A stretch of 64,000 nt of DNA from Amoeboaphelidium protococcarum X5 (GCA_023515725.1 JALDTO010000154.1:391484-455483); one strand, 5' to 3'. Shown: positions 11,465 through 25,215, numbered from the stretch's first letter. Numbers and translations: made by a program. Notes: generated from the letters alone by a model not told the origin.

Positions 11465-14400
11465 TCACGTCTATTTCAACTTTCTCTCTCTTTCTACACG
11501 CTTTCTGAACTTTTTATAGAGACTTGTACGCATTTACAACAAAGAATCGTCTAACTAACTTGATGCATCGCATCTTTTGGAAGAATGGCCTTCAGTACAT
11601 TAATTGGAATCAGCCATCAATCTTGGCTTCCAGCAGATTTTGCAGACTTGTTTCACTGATTCGCTTCTCAAATTACTGTCCAACTCTTCTTCATTGACAA
11701 ATCCGTTTTCAGGTGTCAACACGTCGTCGCCGAATCTCTAACGCAGCAGTTCAGTCAAATTGACAGCCTCAGTCATTGTGACAGGCCCAGTATCAGCTTA
11801 AATGATATCGACGGTATGATAAGTTAATTAGTTAAAGGTCGGCTGTTCGTTGATGTCTACATTCTCTCCAAAATTGTCAACTCTAGGAATATCATCACCA
11901 TCAGGCAGACCCAAAACTGGATTGAACAAAGTGCCCATATCCAGATTGGTGAAGTAAGCATCGTCTATACTATCAACTAATCTCTAAATATCCTAATCTG
12001 CAGTAGCAAGCAAATCATTGACACTCTAAACAGACTGAGTAGCAGGACAGATGCAGCTCAAATTGTTCAATGAAGTCTGTGTTTCTACAGATACATGTTC
12101 AACTACTTAGACAGTTTACTCAGTAGACACCTAATGCAACTACGGAATTTCGAACGGAATATGCAATGCTGTTGGGTCAGTCAAATGATTTTATAGCTGT
12201 CTGAACTGGGCCTTAAATGGATCAATCGCGTATTTGCATGCCAACTTACGTTCCACAATATCTTCAAAACTCTTCAAATGGCTTGGTGCTTTAAAAGAGT
12301 ATTCTGATAACAAATCATCAACTTCAGACTAATTTGAGCAGGCGGCAATCTTGTTATAAACCAGAAAATTCCATCGATCAGCCATTTACTCATAATCTAC
12401 TTACTTATCATCACCGTTTTTCTTGGTGCAATATTGTTCAAACAGTGACATGAATAAGATGAGCTCTTTTTGGGAGGAGACGGGACGTGATATGACATTG
12501 AATGCAAACTTAGAGATCATATCATCAGAGTTCAGCTTGATGGGCTCAGTAGATATATCACTCTAATCCATATCAATAACAGTCAAATCAACTTCAACTG
12601 GATCGGCCAGTGCATCAATCAGTTCTTCATCAAAGCCACCTTCGCATTCCATCATCAGCTACTAGTCAGAAATGTTCTTTAGATCAAGAGATTTGCCCAA
12701 ATACTTACTACAGCCAAATTTAACAGATTTTGAGAATTCAGATACCTGTGGAATGGTCAGATTCTCAAAAACAGGACACTTGAAGTATTTCGCATTGTCG
12801 ACATACAACTGCTTAATTTAGCTCAGCACTAGTGGGTTGTAAATATGAAAATCCGGAGTCAGCCCACAGGTCAGTGCCGCATCTTGATTTCTTCTGTAGA
12901 CAAAGTCCATGAGCATAACATTATATAGCTCAGGAGAGATAGACTTTGCTTAAAACGCATTGTACAACATCATGTGATATCCTTCTTATTGGCTGGTACC
13001 TCTAAAACACTTGAACTACTTAAAAGATCCATCATCTCCAGGCTTTAATTGCAAGTACATGTCAACACCAGGAGGATCTGATAAACAGCCATCTTTGGCG
13101 TGCTTCAGATTACGCTCGTGATGTTTCATTACTTGATCATCAATGAACTCACTGTTAACCGCTCTGAACATTTAGACCACCTGATCAATTCTATTCGACA
13201 AAATATCCGCAGGTGGAACAAATCTTCTCACTTTACCATTACGCAATAGATAGCTTCTCTTGATCTGATCCATTTACTTATCTGATACTCCACGCTGCTG
13301 TAATACTGACTTCACATCTTGCATGTCTTCTTCAGAACAGATGAATATCGCGTCGCGGAGGTTGGAGGCAAAGAGAGAGTATAGAGGATGTTTCTTCTTA
13401 ACAGGATACCGCTCCATGAAATGAAATATATCCAAGAGTACTCGCTATCCTTATCCAGTAGCTGACAGAGATTCAAACATATCAGAGAGAAATGCTCTTT
13501 CAGTGCAGCAGAGATCTGTGAAGAAAGCCTGAGGACCCTCTTCATCTTTGGCCGCATAGCGCTGCTTCAAGACTTCAAATTCACCAGTCAACTCTTTCAG
13601 ACTTTTGTTTGGCACAAGCCAGAATCCAGCTACTTGGCCATACTCATTCACCAAGGAGTATAATCCCTCAAATATCTACTGAGACTTAGACACAGGCACC
13701 TTGGCTGCTTTGAAAGTGTGATCACCGCTCAAAACTTTGCCAGTAACTTGCGCGACAGCGGCGTTCTTCAGATCATACACATCCATTTGGCTCTTATAAT
13801 AGAATTTCTTTAAAACAGTAGTGGATGGAATGGATACGTTATACTAATCTTTGTCGCTGAATTCTGGAAATGGGTCAATCAGTGCAGGCAAAGCTTAAAA
13901 CATTAAAGTCTTCTATGGGTTCCTTCTAACAAATGTTGATGCGGACAGATAGGCAAGATGTCTTGATTAATGCTAGTTGTTGAACAGCTCATCCAACATC
14001 TTTACAAACTCATTAAAAGAGACTCCTCGCATGATCATCCTATCCATTAATTAAATCAATTAGTTGTCCAGGATCGTGTTGTCAATCACCGTACACGGCA
14101 ACTATTGCTAAACATGAGGAGGAAGATGCTGCAAAGTATCTGGATCTATTCCACGAAACTCCTTACCAGTCCTGCCACCAGTACCACAGTGACACAGATT
14201 GCATTTGTACCTCTTGAACATGATGTAATACGACTGACCAATGCCTATTACTTTTCGAGGCCCTACTGCTGACCAGCCTGCTACCTTAACGTGACCATCC
14301 ACAACGCCATGAACTGGACAAGGCATGTGGCGAACACCAAGATGATGGAAAAACACTTCTGGCGTCCAGAATATAACTTTCTCCTTCACAAAATCCTAGC

Positions 14401-15028
14401 TCTCCATATAATCTGAGACTAATAAAGGATTAGGCGGATAAATCCAGATATCACGCCAGGACAGAGGATTCAGCGGCTTGCAATCGCAGACACCATGACA
14501 CCTTGACGACGTTGCATTGCATTGATAGCCGCGCGAACCTGTTCCTTTAATGGCGTAGTCAATCTCATCAGTGTACTTGACTATAAATGCGGTGGAGGGA
14601 TGACTTCTCCAATTCTAATCTTTCTACTCAATCACTAACGTGGCATTAACTTGATCATCATTTTCGACTGAGGAGGTAGTATCATGATGAGCATTAATAT
14701 CATTTGTTTCAGGCGTCTGATCAGACGCGGATTGATGAACTGGTACATTAGCGAAAGAGTCCACTGATTGTAAGGATGCTCCAGTCAGCCAACTTGACAA
14801 AGTATTCGCGGAACCTGCGATACTGTTGTTCTTCTTTAACTATTCCAAACAAAATTTAGTGTGCGGCTTCTTATTAGATGGGAAATGAAGATTTTTACAT
14901 ATCGGGCACTTCCAAGTCTTACCAGGATGGATCGGTGCATTTTCTGCGTCTTCTCTCTGCCTCTTGATCTTCCTTGCACCAGGAGGAGGGACATAATTGC
15001 TGATGGACATTCCATTGGTAGTGTTCAT
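11465..15028 (-). mobile_element. putative DDE transposase, DUF6729-like (1187 aa), apparently intact
   Basis: All standard-code fragments are in one frame; spot-checked, not every codon read. Motifs: IWIYPPNP, FWTPE..CP, GPRKV..RYKC, LSGDHTFK (D1), VNEYGQV, FFTDLCCTE (D2), RVLLDIFHFMER (DxxH), CFRGTSQQEGYH (E). CxxC/H/C zinc-finger-like motifs at both termini. Confidence 0.8.
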
Positions 15029-15175
15029 TCTCAAAATCTCTCTTAACAGTGAAGTTCGCTCTACAAAAGTAATGAAATAAGTATTGAGATTGGAAATTAA
15101 ATCATACTATATTTTGACTACGACTTTCTTTTAGGCTTCTCACGGCACTTTTTATTTTGAATGCTGATATCAGAG

Positions 15176-15320
15176 TCAGATATAGGCAACTGTATATCTG
15201 ATACTGAAGCTGATATTTCTGAAACAGTGTTGGTCGCACGCGCAGTTTATGTAGCGACATTGTCAACAACATTGTCAGCGACATTCGTTTGATCGTGTTA
15301 GCGACAATTTTGTAGCGACA
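15176..15320. repeat. 9-bp hairpin plus four AGCGACA direct repeats upstream of the transposase
   Basis: TCAGATATA (15176-15184) with TATATCTGA (15193-15201). AGCGACA at 15253, 15277, 15300 and 15314. Confidence 0.7.
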
Positions 15321-15496
15321 TTTGGCTTAAGAGTAGTAAGGTACCCCAATCTGCTTTCATACAAGTGTTTCACCCCGCCCGATTTAATCGTTTCAGCTTT
15401 CCCAGAAACTGATTCGCATACTTTGAATAATAATTTTACCAAACAAAGTTTATCTTCATTCATCATTAGTTGTTAGACTGTGAATAAATAATTAAT

Positions 15497-16714
15497 ATGA
15501 ATGTGTTTTAATCTAGTTCACTCATTCCTCTTTGCAAGCATGTCTATATTTTGGAACCGCAATTGAGTGGGTCTTCGAGTGATGTCCATTCTCTAGTGAA
15601 ATTGAGCAATGAGTTTGGAAAGTAAAACAATTGTCAGGACCTGAAATCAGTTCTACAGAGCTTTGGTTATGATCATGTGGAGATATGTGGAGTAAGTCTA
15701 GATAATTATGAGAGTGTTATTAATTCTATTCACCAGAGATTTCTGAATAATTTATCTGACGTTGTAATCTTTAATCTCTGTGATGGGTGTGAAACAGACG
15801 GTTATCCCGGGATTGGATTAGTCAAGCTGATGGATAAACTGCAGATTCCGTACACTGGTTCGTCACCTCAGTTTTATGATATCACTACATCAAAACCAAG
15901 ATTGAAGGCTGAACTTATGAAGCACAACGTACCTACCTCTGTGTATTTGGAAGTCACAGAGACTACGACTGAGCAGGATATAGAGACTGCGTTTGATTCA
16001 AAATATCCGCTGATTGTGAAACCATCCGTTTCATACGCGAGCCTTTCCATCACAGATCATAGTGTCGTTCATAATGCGCGAGATGCTATAAAATAGGCGC
16101 AGGCTGTGAGGAAGCAGTGTCTTACTGAAGATTCATTGTCAGATTCCGGTCTGGTCTTTATCGAACGATTTCTTGATGGAAAAGAATACACGTCGTTAAT
16201 TATTGGCGATAATGAAAGTGGATACAAGGTATTTGATGTCGCTGAGCGTGTATTTGATCCAAAACTTGGTCGATATCAGCGCATTCTAGCATTTGATAGA
16301 TATTGGGATGGATACGATCTTGAGGGCAATGTTCCGGCTAATCCACAGTCTGTTTACTGGTATGCACTAGCACAGTCCAGTGTTCAGCAGTATCTCAAAC
16401 AATTGACTATTGTGTCATATAAGGCGTTAGGTGGAAGTGGTTACGCCAGAGTTGACATCAGAACCAGTTCTTTGGAAGCCGATCAAGATGCATATGTCCT
16501 TGAAGTCAATGCTAATTGCGGAGTGTCTTTCAATGTTAACGAGTTTACCAGTACTGTAGGTGAAATTTTGAGAATGTCCAAGGAGAGTGTACCTCAGTTT
16601 GCGAATGATATCATTTCGCTGGCTTTGTAACGTGCCAAGATGTAATCTCAAGTTTATTCAAAAGTGGCTGCAACTGGTATTTAGCGCTCTAGTGTGATTA
16701 ATAGTGATATCTGA
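15497..16714 (+). CDS. D-alanine--D-alanine ligase-like ATP-grasp protein (405 aa)
   Basis: Motifs VIFNLCDG, IPYTGS, YPLIVKPS, FIERFLDGKEYT, GYARVDIR and LEVNANCG. Confidence 0.85.
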
Positions 16715-16818
16715 CTTAAAAAAGTATGAAGAGATGTTAGTTAATGTAACTAAATGACTGCTATTGCAAAAAAGTAATAATTTCATTACATCCCGATATA
16801 CGCCCAAGCGAACCTCCA

Positions 16819-17904
16819 TCAAACATCGTTAATATCAACCTCCTCCAAAGTGTTATCCTACTCGTCAATACCATCAGCGTCATGGTCTGGAATATCTTCA
16901 TGATCGACATCTTCTTACACAGTATTGACATCGGTAGGCACCTTATCTCCGTTATATACTTTCATCTCTTACTCCCATCGCACCTTATCCTTCTCATACA
17001 TGTCATAATACTCCTTCTTCTCATCTTCCGCAATAGCTTTCCATTAGTTGCCCAACTCACGAGCAATCTCTGCCTTATTCATCTCTGGATGAGCCTGCTT
17101 AAGTACTTCCCGATGATTCTGAGCGTAGAAGATGAAAGCATTCGCAGGCTTTTTAGGAGCATTAGGGTCCTTCTTCTACCTCTTTCGCTTCTTTGTCACT
17201 GACTGACTGCCACCACTCTCCGCTGCTCCTGCTGCAGCTTTCTCTGGGGAAGATTCTGTCGCAGCGGCGGCCTAATCAACATCAACTTCTTTAGACTAAG
17301 TCGCGCTTGATTTATTCTATTAAGATTCCATAGAGTCGCTTTTGGTACAAGTTTATTATTTCTATTGTTAGCCATTACTGAGCAAATGTCGCTACTACTA
17401 GGACGAATGCGGTTCATATTCATCCAACTCTTCAGCCTTTCTCTTGAGTGGTAATAATGAACTCTAATCCACAGTATCTATATGTTCAATACGGTCCAGG
17501 AGCACCACTCGCTCAACCTTCAGCCTGTGCAACGTCCTCCTAGCAGACGCGATTTTCTTGGCCAGTTGCAGATTATCATTTTCCAGTTATTGCACAGATA
17601 GAACTGCGGGATCTACGGCAGCAGGTGGTCTTGGTGATGGAGCGATTTGAGGTGCAGTTTACTTGGCACGAGGAGAAGTAACTACTAGAGGAGGAAGGGG
17701 TTTAGACATTTACTATTATTACTGCTGCTATTACTACTATCCCATCATTACATGTTGCGGCTATTGCATAAACTGAGGGAACTAATACTAGTTGACATGC
17801 TATTACGGTTATTACTATTATTATTACAATTTCTGTTATTATTACTATTGCAATATATTATTGAACTTGTTGTTATTATTATTGTTATTATAATGAGGCT
17901 TCAT
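16819..17904 (-). CDS. HMG-box protein with N-terminal polyQ and coiled coil, Nhp10/INO80-subunit-like
   Basis: HMG box KKDPNAPKKPANAFIFYAQ...LGNQWK. Coiled coil LENDNLQLAKKI...RLKVERVVLLDRI. PolyQ written in TAA/TAG/CAR codons. Confidence 0.82.
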
Positions 17905-18167
17905 ATTTATCCAATGGGCTGACCACAAGCTATTACACTTCAATCGATCTTATGGCAGAGTGTAGCGATAAGACTAAAAAGAAGGAGAATAGGACGCGCT
18001 TTCTGTTGGTAAGACTAGCGGAGGATTGTTACAATAAGGTACTCACGCCAAAATTATGCGCATTACCAAGATATAAATATTATTATCTAAAAAAACAAAA
18101 TTAAAAAGTAAAAGTCATTCTGTAGTAACAACATGATTATTCATTATAAAAATTACAAATCTATTAA

Positions 18168-21100
18168 TCAGCGAGGTTCGAGGATCAGACTTTTATCGTA
18201 GAGTGTGTTATTGTCTTCGACCGTGCGACTTTAAAGCCAGCTAGTAATTTATTCCACCACCTAGAAATTATAGAATGTGCACTAATACCGCTTCATCTCA
18301 TTGATAACTTGCGCAATCAAATGCCTCTTCTAAAAGTTGATTAACTGATCATTCTCTTTCAAGCAGTCTGGATTTCCCGACTCTATCATGGTCAAATCAG
18401 TCAAGTAGACACCCAAGAAGGGAATACATGGAGGATTGATAGTGTGAAGCATTTGGCGGTAATTCTTACATGACTTGTCTTCCAACATAAGTGTTTCCAA
18501 CTCTGTGAACATTTATCTAAACTTGACAGGCACCAAGTCCCAGCTCTTCTTCAATCGGCGAACAGAACTGGCCTGTAGACCACAGATTACAGATTTCAGG
18601 CCATCAAAGTTGTTGAGAGACTTTAATTTCTGCGCCAACAGGATGAATTGCTTTATAGTAGTAGCTCTCACTTTCAACTAGTCACACGCCATAATTTCAG
18701 TAGACACCCACATGACCAGGAAATTGGAATACTTTATCATCCGGCGGATATTGGGCGACTGATGATGGAGCTTTTTATTGTTCCATGCCTAATTTAGACA
18801 TTCATTAGGTTGAATAGACACAAAAATATCCCATTATAACATGCAAATCTGCCTAGCCATCTCCAGCGGATCAAAGTCTAGCACTGTAGAGAATATGGTT
18901 ATACTTCTCGGTACTACAGCAGGCGGTAAAGACGTTGAGCCAGATTTAGATACAGGACGTGATCTGCCATTAGAATCATCACCTTTTGCCTTCCGTTATA
19001 GCAAGCTCTCGAAATCCTTAACACCGCGATAGAAATCAGCGCGCATCGTAGGTAAAAAGATGCACAACTTTTGCAAAAGACTCTCATCTTGCCGAAAATC
19101 ATCATAGTTATTCTTCACCCACATCTTGACCACGTTGAAGACTCTCAACCTGACTGGTATGATCTTTCTCTGGAAGTAGACAGCCTTCAGTTTCTCGTCA
19201 TCCAAATGCATTGGAGGCTCAATATTGTAGCGATCTATCAATAGATCAAGCAGAGTCTAAGCGTCAGTGAAAGAACGGTAGGTGAGCAGAAATGCAGAGA
19301 TATAATCACTGGATGGCAGTCGATAGTACGTCAACTTCTCTACCAACTTTTGCAGTGTACCAGCTTTAACCATTGAAGTGTCTACTTGGCCATCCACGCT
19401 ACGGAACACGATATCTTAATCACTGTTAAACTCTTCGTCCTCTTTAACAAGTAAAGCATCGATCTAATTCTCTGCCTCAGCCGTGAGTCTTCTATCTTCT
19501 TCCAGTACACTATCAATACTTTCTGCTCTTCCGCGCCTCGATGACGATGTTACTGTTTATGATATGTCATGATGTGAAGGAGTATAAGGAGGAGAAGGTG
19601 GCCGAGCAGTATTGTACTTAGCAGACGGATCTTGTATCGATTATGGTAGACCATGATCCATATACTCAGCTTAATGAACTAATAGAGATCGCACTGCTTC
19701 GACTACATCTCCGCAAGACTAGACAATTGAATCCATGTCGCCAATCACCTACTCAGATGCATCATGAAGAGTTATACCTTGCACCAGATTCCGACAACTT
19801 ACTTCGTAACAAAATACGGAACGAGACAAATTCTGGCGAGCATCATCGAGCATATTGGTAAGTTCGTCGTCGGCTGAAAAGTGGCCCTCAAGAGCGCCGA
19901 GTTCTTCTTCAATTTAATGACACGCCGCTACTACCATACTTGACACATGTTCCACTCTATCAAGTACGATCTAATTCAAGTTACCCTTCTTAATCAATGG
20001 CTCCATTTGCGCGGAAGCATCAAGCACAACAGCAGAAAGTTCACCAATAGTCTTGGCCACTACCTAATTAATTGAAAATTCAGTCGTTACAAACTACGCA
20101 TCACTCTGCTACAGTGGAGACATAACTTGAGATGGAACTGTGGATGATTCTCTGGCCATCTTAATCATCAGCGGAAGATTGCGGCCTTTAGTCAGAATTT
20201 CATCAACCAACTTTCGCGGATCCATTCCAGGCAGATCCAATCTAGATGGACTTCTCATCACAAAGTCATGCAAGCGCTGCTGTAAATCATTTACATCGTA
20301 AGACGTCTCCTTGACTGAGCCTGAACTTCCAATAGAAGACTGAATAAATGTGGCTTCAATGTCGCGCAAAATAGGATTAATAGGAGAAGGAGGATCATCG
20401 CCAAATGTACTGGACAGAGATCGATCAGACAGAGTCCGTACAGGTATCTTTTACTCCAGAATATCTAAACTCTCAGGCACCTCCTGTTCTAATAGACTAG
20501 TACCAGGCGGCTATTAAACACTTCTCACTTTATCCTGAGTCTATAAATTCTCATGTATAACATAAAATGTGCGCCAAAACAGATCCACCTGAGACACCAT
20601 ATTCGGATCCGTGCCAGATGCCAGCGTAGACACGACTCTAACCAAAGTAAGAGCCAACTGCAATATCAATTGAGCCAAAGTGAAATCGTAATCCTGCGAC
20701 CAGATATCACAGGCATTACTACATTCGCGCTTGATATCAATGCGAAGTTGGTCAATTAGCTGATTACTGCCGCGAAACTCTGCAAAAGACATTTACCACT
20801 TGTTGTTATAGAAAGAGTTGTTCTTCATCAGAGCATTGAGCTATTAAGAATGATTCTACATCGCCATTACAAAGGCCCTCGAAACCAGCAGAGACTCCTC
20901 GCATATATCAAAGTATCTGTCCTTCTGAAATGTTGACACAAACTTACAAACGTTCGCCACGACACCAAATAACTAATCCAGCAGTCCAACATCGAAAAAC
21001 TCTCCTTTATCATAAAACTTTAGCGCTTCGTCCAAATCAGCAACTGCCTCACATGAACTAACAAAGATTGACGCGTCATAAACTAAATCATCAAGCATAA

Positions 21101-22151
21101 GGATCAAATCATTACTCAAAAGTTCTCGTCCATGCGCCTACTCCTCAGCTAATTTCTTGGCATGAAATCCAACCTTGCGAGTGCTCTCAATCAAAGTGGC
21201 AATGTGCTTGGCAACAAACTCAGACACCACCGGACAGTGTAAAGACTTGACGACATTAGTGTCTGCATAATACAATAGTTACCTAATTCTTCTAATAGCG
21301 ATGGCAACTAATTCTAACAGATTGGGCAGCGGTTCTTTAGATGCCATACTAGACTTTAATTACTCTTAAAACTATTCAATACTCCTCTAAGCTTCATTAA
21401 AAATTGGAATCAATACGCTTTCATCCTTGTAAGTTGTAAGGATATTTTACGCGTAGACTTTCGTATTATCAGCAGACTGTCTAGATTTCATAGTCATTTA
21501 TGTGCTACTAACTTTAGACTCGTGTTTGCTTCCATTACTATAAAGCTAAACTGCATCAATTTTGGCGTTCTAACTATTTCCATATTCCAAATCAGTTGGA
21601 CCATCAATAGAACTCTCATCCTTCTAGTGACCATCATCAATATCATCATTAGAAGTAGTAACAACAGGGGGTAATCGCTGGACTATCAATTCGCGTAAGG
21701 TGGACATCCATCCATCAAATTCATCTTTAGAGGGGCATTTAAGAATATATTACTTGTTCACAAAAGTCTAATTATTATCAAAGGACGCCGATTAGGAAGC
21801 AGTAATAACCAAAAAATACTCCAATTCTTTACCATCAGATGTTGGATGAATATCACTAGAGAGATACGAATTACTGTCTAGAAATAGAGCGGCCAGCAGT
21901 TTATTAGATCTCACTGAATCCTCTTTAGATTTAAAATAATACAGCACCTATTTAGACAGCACGAAATACCGTTTATTCCAGAGCTTATATCTATTCTTCT
22001 TATACAGGAAACCTGAAAATATTACATCCTCGCTCTATACATTATTGTAAGAGTCCAGAGCGTATTCCATTAGCGATTCTGACATCACCTCCGCACTAGA
22101 TCGTCTACGTTCACCTCGATCAGCGTTAACGTGATGCACAATCCAAGTCAT
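18168..22151 (-). CDS. Ras guanine-nucleotide exchange factor (CDC25-type) with N-terminal PH domain (1327 aa)
   Basis: PH domain FSGFLYKKNRYKLWNKRYFVL. REM domain VKAGTLQKLVEKLT and FLLTYRSF. CDC25 domain PPCIPFLGVYLTDLTMIESGNPD. Ends SLILEPR-TGA. Confidence 0.9.
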
Positions 22152-22757
22152 CACTTTTTATTAGCTTAATCAAAATTAAATTCTTGAGGAGTATACCACC
22201 TATAATAATACCGGAATAATTTATGAAATGACAATATTGCAATATCAGACTGGAAAGTCTTGATCAAATGACTCTGCAGAATTTCCCTCTTTAGAGTGGA
22301 AGCCTCTTTTCCAAATTTGTTACCCCTGAATGTGCCATGATACGACTTTTTGAGTTTACACTCATTACCAATGTTTTAATTCTGTCTGTATCATCATAAA
22401 TGAATTACTTGCCAAAAATTAGAGTTTATCCTAGAAGAACTCCATATATGGCTTATACCAAATTAACCAACCACTAGTGAGATGAATGACTTCAAACGAA
22501 TCGGCAACGTGTTTCAAGAGAGACGGATGGGGAGACATCATTTCTTCAAATTAATTTGTTTAAAAACTGACAGGTTTACTCCGGTGTTTGTCTGGGCGAT
22601 CCTAAACAGACTGAAACAAAAGCACAACGCGGCGATTGTTTATCCTCCTTTGTCTTTCTTTTAGGTACTTTATCGTCTTGATATTATTATTTCAACACCT
22701 TGTTTGTTTGGAATATTCACCAATATTCTTACTCTTTGCAGATTTGCTTGTTTATAA

Positions 22758-25215
22758 ATGGCGTCCTAGTACTCGGCTATATTCTCTGTAAGAATATTAT
22801 ATATCACAGCTTCCTTTGATTCTAGTTCATGTTTATTAATGTATGAATTGTGTGTAGGAGGTGGACAAGATCGAACCTAAGCAGGCTGTGCAGACGGTAA
22901 CTACGAGGTTGAAGCGTCTGCGGGCATTGGAATCTGAGGTACATGACTATTTCAAGGAGCGGTCCATGATGGAGAATGCATATGCTGGTGCTATGACTAG
23001 TTTAAGTAAGAAGACATCCAGTTTTACTGCAGCTGCTGAATTTAATGAAACCAGCTCTGATGTGTTGGGTGAAATAGGAAAGGCGTGGACCATGGTGGCA
23101 GGTAGTGCTCATGAGACATCTAAATGTCACCTTCTGCTCTCTGATCGGCTCAAGATGGATATCTGCCATTCTATTGCGGAACACTTGGCATCTGGGGATA
23201 AAGATGATAATAAGTGGAGCAAGTTTAAATAGAACAGTACCACTCTTCTTAAATTGTCCAAAGACTGGCATGACAAACAGCAGAGATTGATAAAGCTTAG
23301 AAAGTAGTTGGAAGGTAATAAGAAGGCTGATGACAAGAGTGAGTAAAAGATTCAGGAACTTGAGACTTAACTCGGTGCTTGTACAGCGCAGTGGATGTCT
23401 GAGAGTGCAGAGATCTTTGAAAGATTCCGGGAGATGGACAAGCTGTAGATTGAGTTTATTAAAGATACGCTGAAGAGAACTATTGAATTTCAGATTAATA
23501 ATTTGAAGCTGCAAGTAATGAACTTGGAGCAGAGTTTGGAATAAGTTGCCAAGATTGATCCTGATGCCGAGGTTGAAAAGTTTGTCCAGTCTTCCAATGT
23601 TAAGTCAGAATACATTAGCAATAGTATATTCTCTTCGTCCCATCCTTCTTAGAAAGCTGCAGCATCATCTACTAAGGATATAAATGAAAATGGCGCAGAT
23701 TAGTCGAAAGATGATGAGTAGTTTAAAGTTGATTCAGAGGGCTATAGAATCCCACAGATGGATCGAGAGTAATGGAAGAATGGACCGATGAATGCTTCAT
23801 CTATTCTCTCTGGCTCTGATAAGAAGAAATCTGTTAAAAGTGCTGGTGGAGTTGAAGATGATTCTAGCGACGATGAGGATGGTGGTAGTATGGCTTTATC
23901 GAACAATTTTCAAAAGTTCAAAATTGACATCAAAACTAATTCTGATGCAGCATCCGTTAAATAGGATAAGGAAGGTGGGGAGAAGGCATCTGCTGAAGAT
24001 TTGGCCTCTGCTGCTGCTTTCATGAAGAATAGTTTAAATTTTGGAAGTGGTCCCGTGAAATCTGTATAAGATCAGTCTTAACCAAAGCGGGGTCGTCGAT
24101 AAACGTCCATGATGTCGCCGTCTCCTCTGACGCAGCCATCATCGCAAGAAGTTACACCAGCGTCTGAAGTATCTGCAATGTCAATGTCGTCACAGATGAC
24201 GGGTAATCGACGCGCTAGACTACCATCTAATAATTCATCTCAAAGTAATTAGACGTTCGATCCATTTGGCTCAATGAATGGCTTAGATACAGGTTTTACT
24301 AAACCGGCTGTTATGACTAACGCGCAGATGGATCTGCTGAGCTTTGATAGTTTTTAGGATATTCCTGCTTCATCACAGCAGGCTTAGACGAATGGCGATT
24401 AAGATTTGGTCTCATTCTGCCGGTCCAATGGCGTTCAATTTAAATTTCTAGAAGTTATGACGACTCAAGTGTCTAAAGATGGTAAAATTAAAGGCACCAA
24501 AGTGATGGGCTCATTGCAACTTAATTCACAGAAACTTGACGCTTCGTTTGGATAATTTGTGGTGAATATTTAGTGTCTGCAAGATCTACAGGTCACCGAT
24601 CTTCCTGAGTATGTCACTTTTGAGTAATCCTAGTTAAAAGTCGATATCTCGAAAGTTGTCAGCAATTTTTAACCGGGAAAAGACCTATTGCTATGCAAGT
24701 ACACTGTGGAAATTGTCGAGTAGACATCGTTAAGGATGCCTCTGATTGTAAGCGGTAAAATGAATGTTTAACCAAATTAGACTCAGATGGTTATTAGTTG
24801 TGAGCCTAATTATGACTCTTTATACGGTTAATAGTAGCAGATTGCTTAATTAAGTGATGTTTCAGTGCTTATGACAGTGGATGAGGGAACCAGTGCGGTA
24901 ATCACTAAACCTGTCGCCGCCTACAGCTAGGAGAAGAAGAAGATTCTATGGCGACTTGGGAATATCAGTATGCGCGACTCTGAGCAGAAACTGTCGCCTA
25001 AAATTAAACTACTGGCATAATGGAGTTTACCTGCTGGAGCCGCTGAAAGATCAAGCACGCCCACCCCTTTAGCTGTCAGGTTTGTGGCGAACAATGTCAA
25101 CATTTCCTCACTAAATTTGCATTCGCCGCAGAGTTCAATATCCACTTTACAGGAGTTTGTCAGTTATGCTCTCGGTGGCTCTATTCAAGTTGATCTAACA
25201 GTGATTTAATAATGA
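22758..25215 (+). CDS. SYP1: muniscin (F-BAR plus mu-homology domain) endocytic adaptor, Syp1/FCHo; intron 22788-22857
   Basis: F-BAR motif DYFKERSMMENAYA, linker VDSEGYRIP, a DPF motif, and C-terminal mu-like segments (KILWRLG, PTPLAVRF). GT-AG intron keeps frame. Confidence 0.8.

Noticed and set aside
11332-15028. Calling the 11-15 kb element a Helitron because of the hairpin plus CTAG
   Set aside because: The protein has DDE-type motifs with no HUH Rep or PIF1 helicase motifs, and CTAG is not followed by T.
15253-15320. AGCGACA repeats as a CRISPR-like array
   Set aside because: Repeats are 7 nt with irregular 7-17-nt gaps. No CRISPR array, rRNA or tRNA gene was recognised anywhere in the window.
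11052-15343. Possible degenerate TIR pair TACCTTATTGCT (about 11052) and AGTAGTAAGGTA (about 15332) around the DUF6729-like transposase
   Set aside because: Only 10/12 identity in AT-rich DNA with no target-site duplication. Not distinguishable from chance without other copies.
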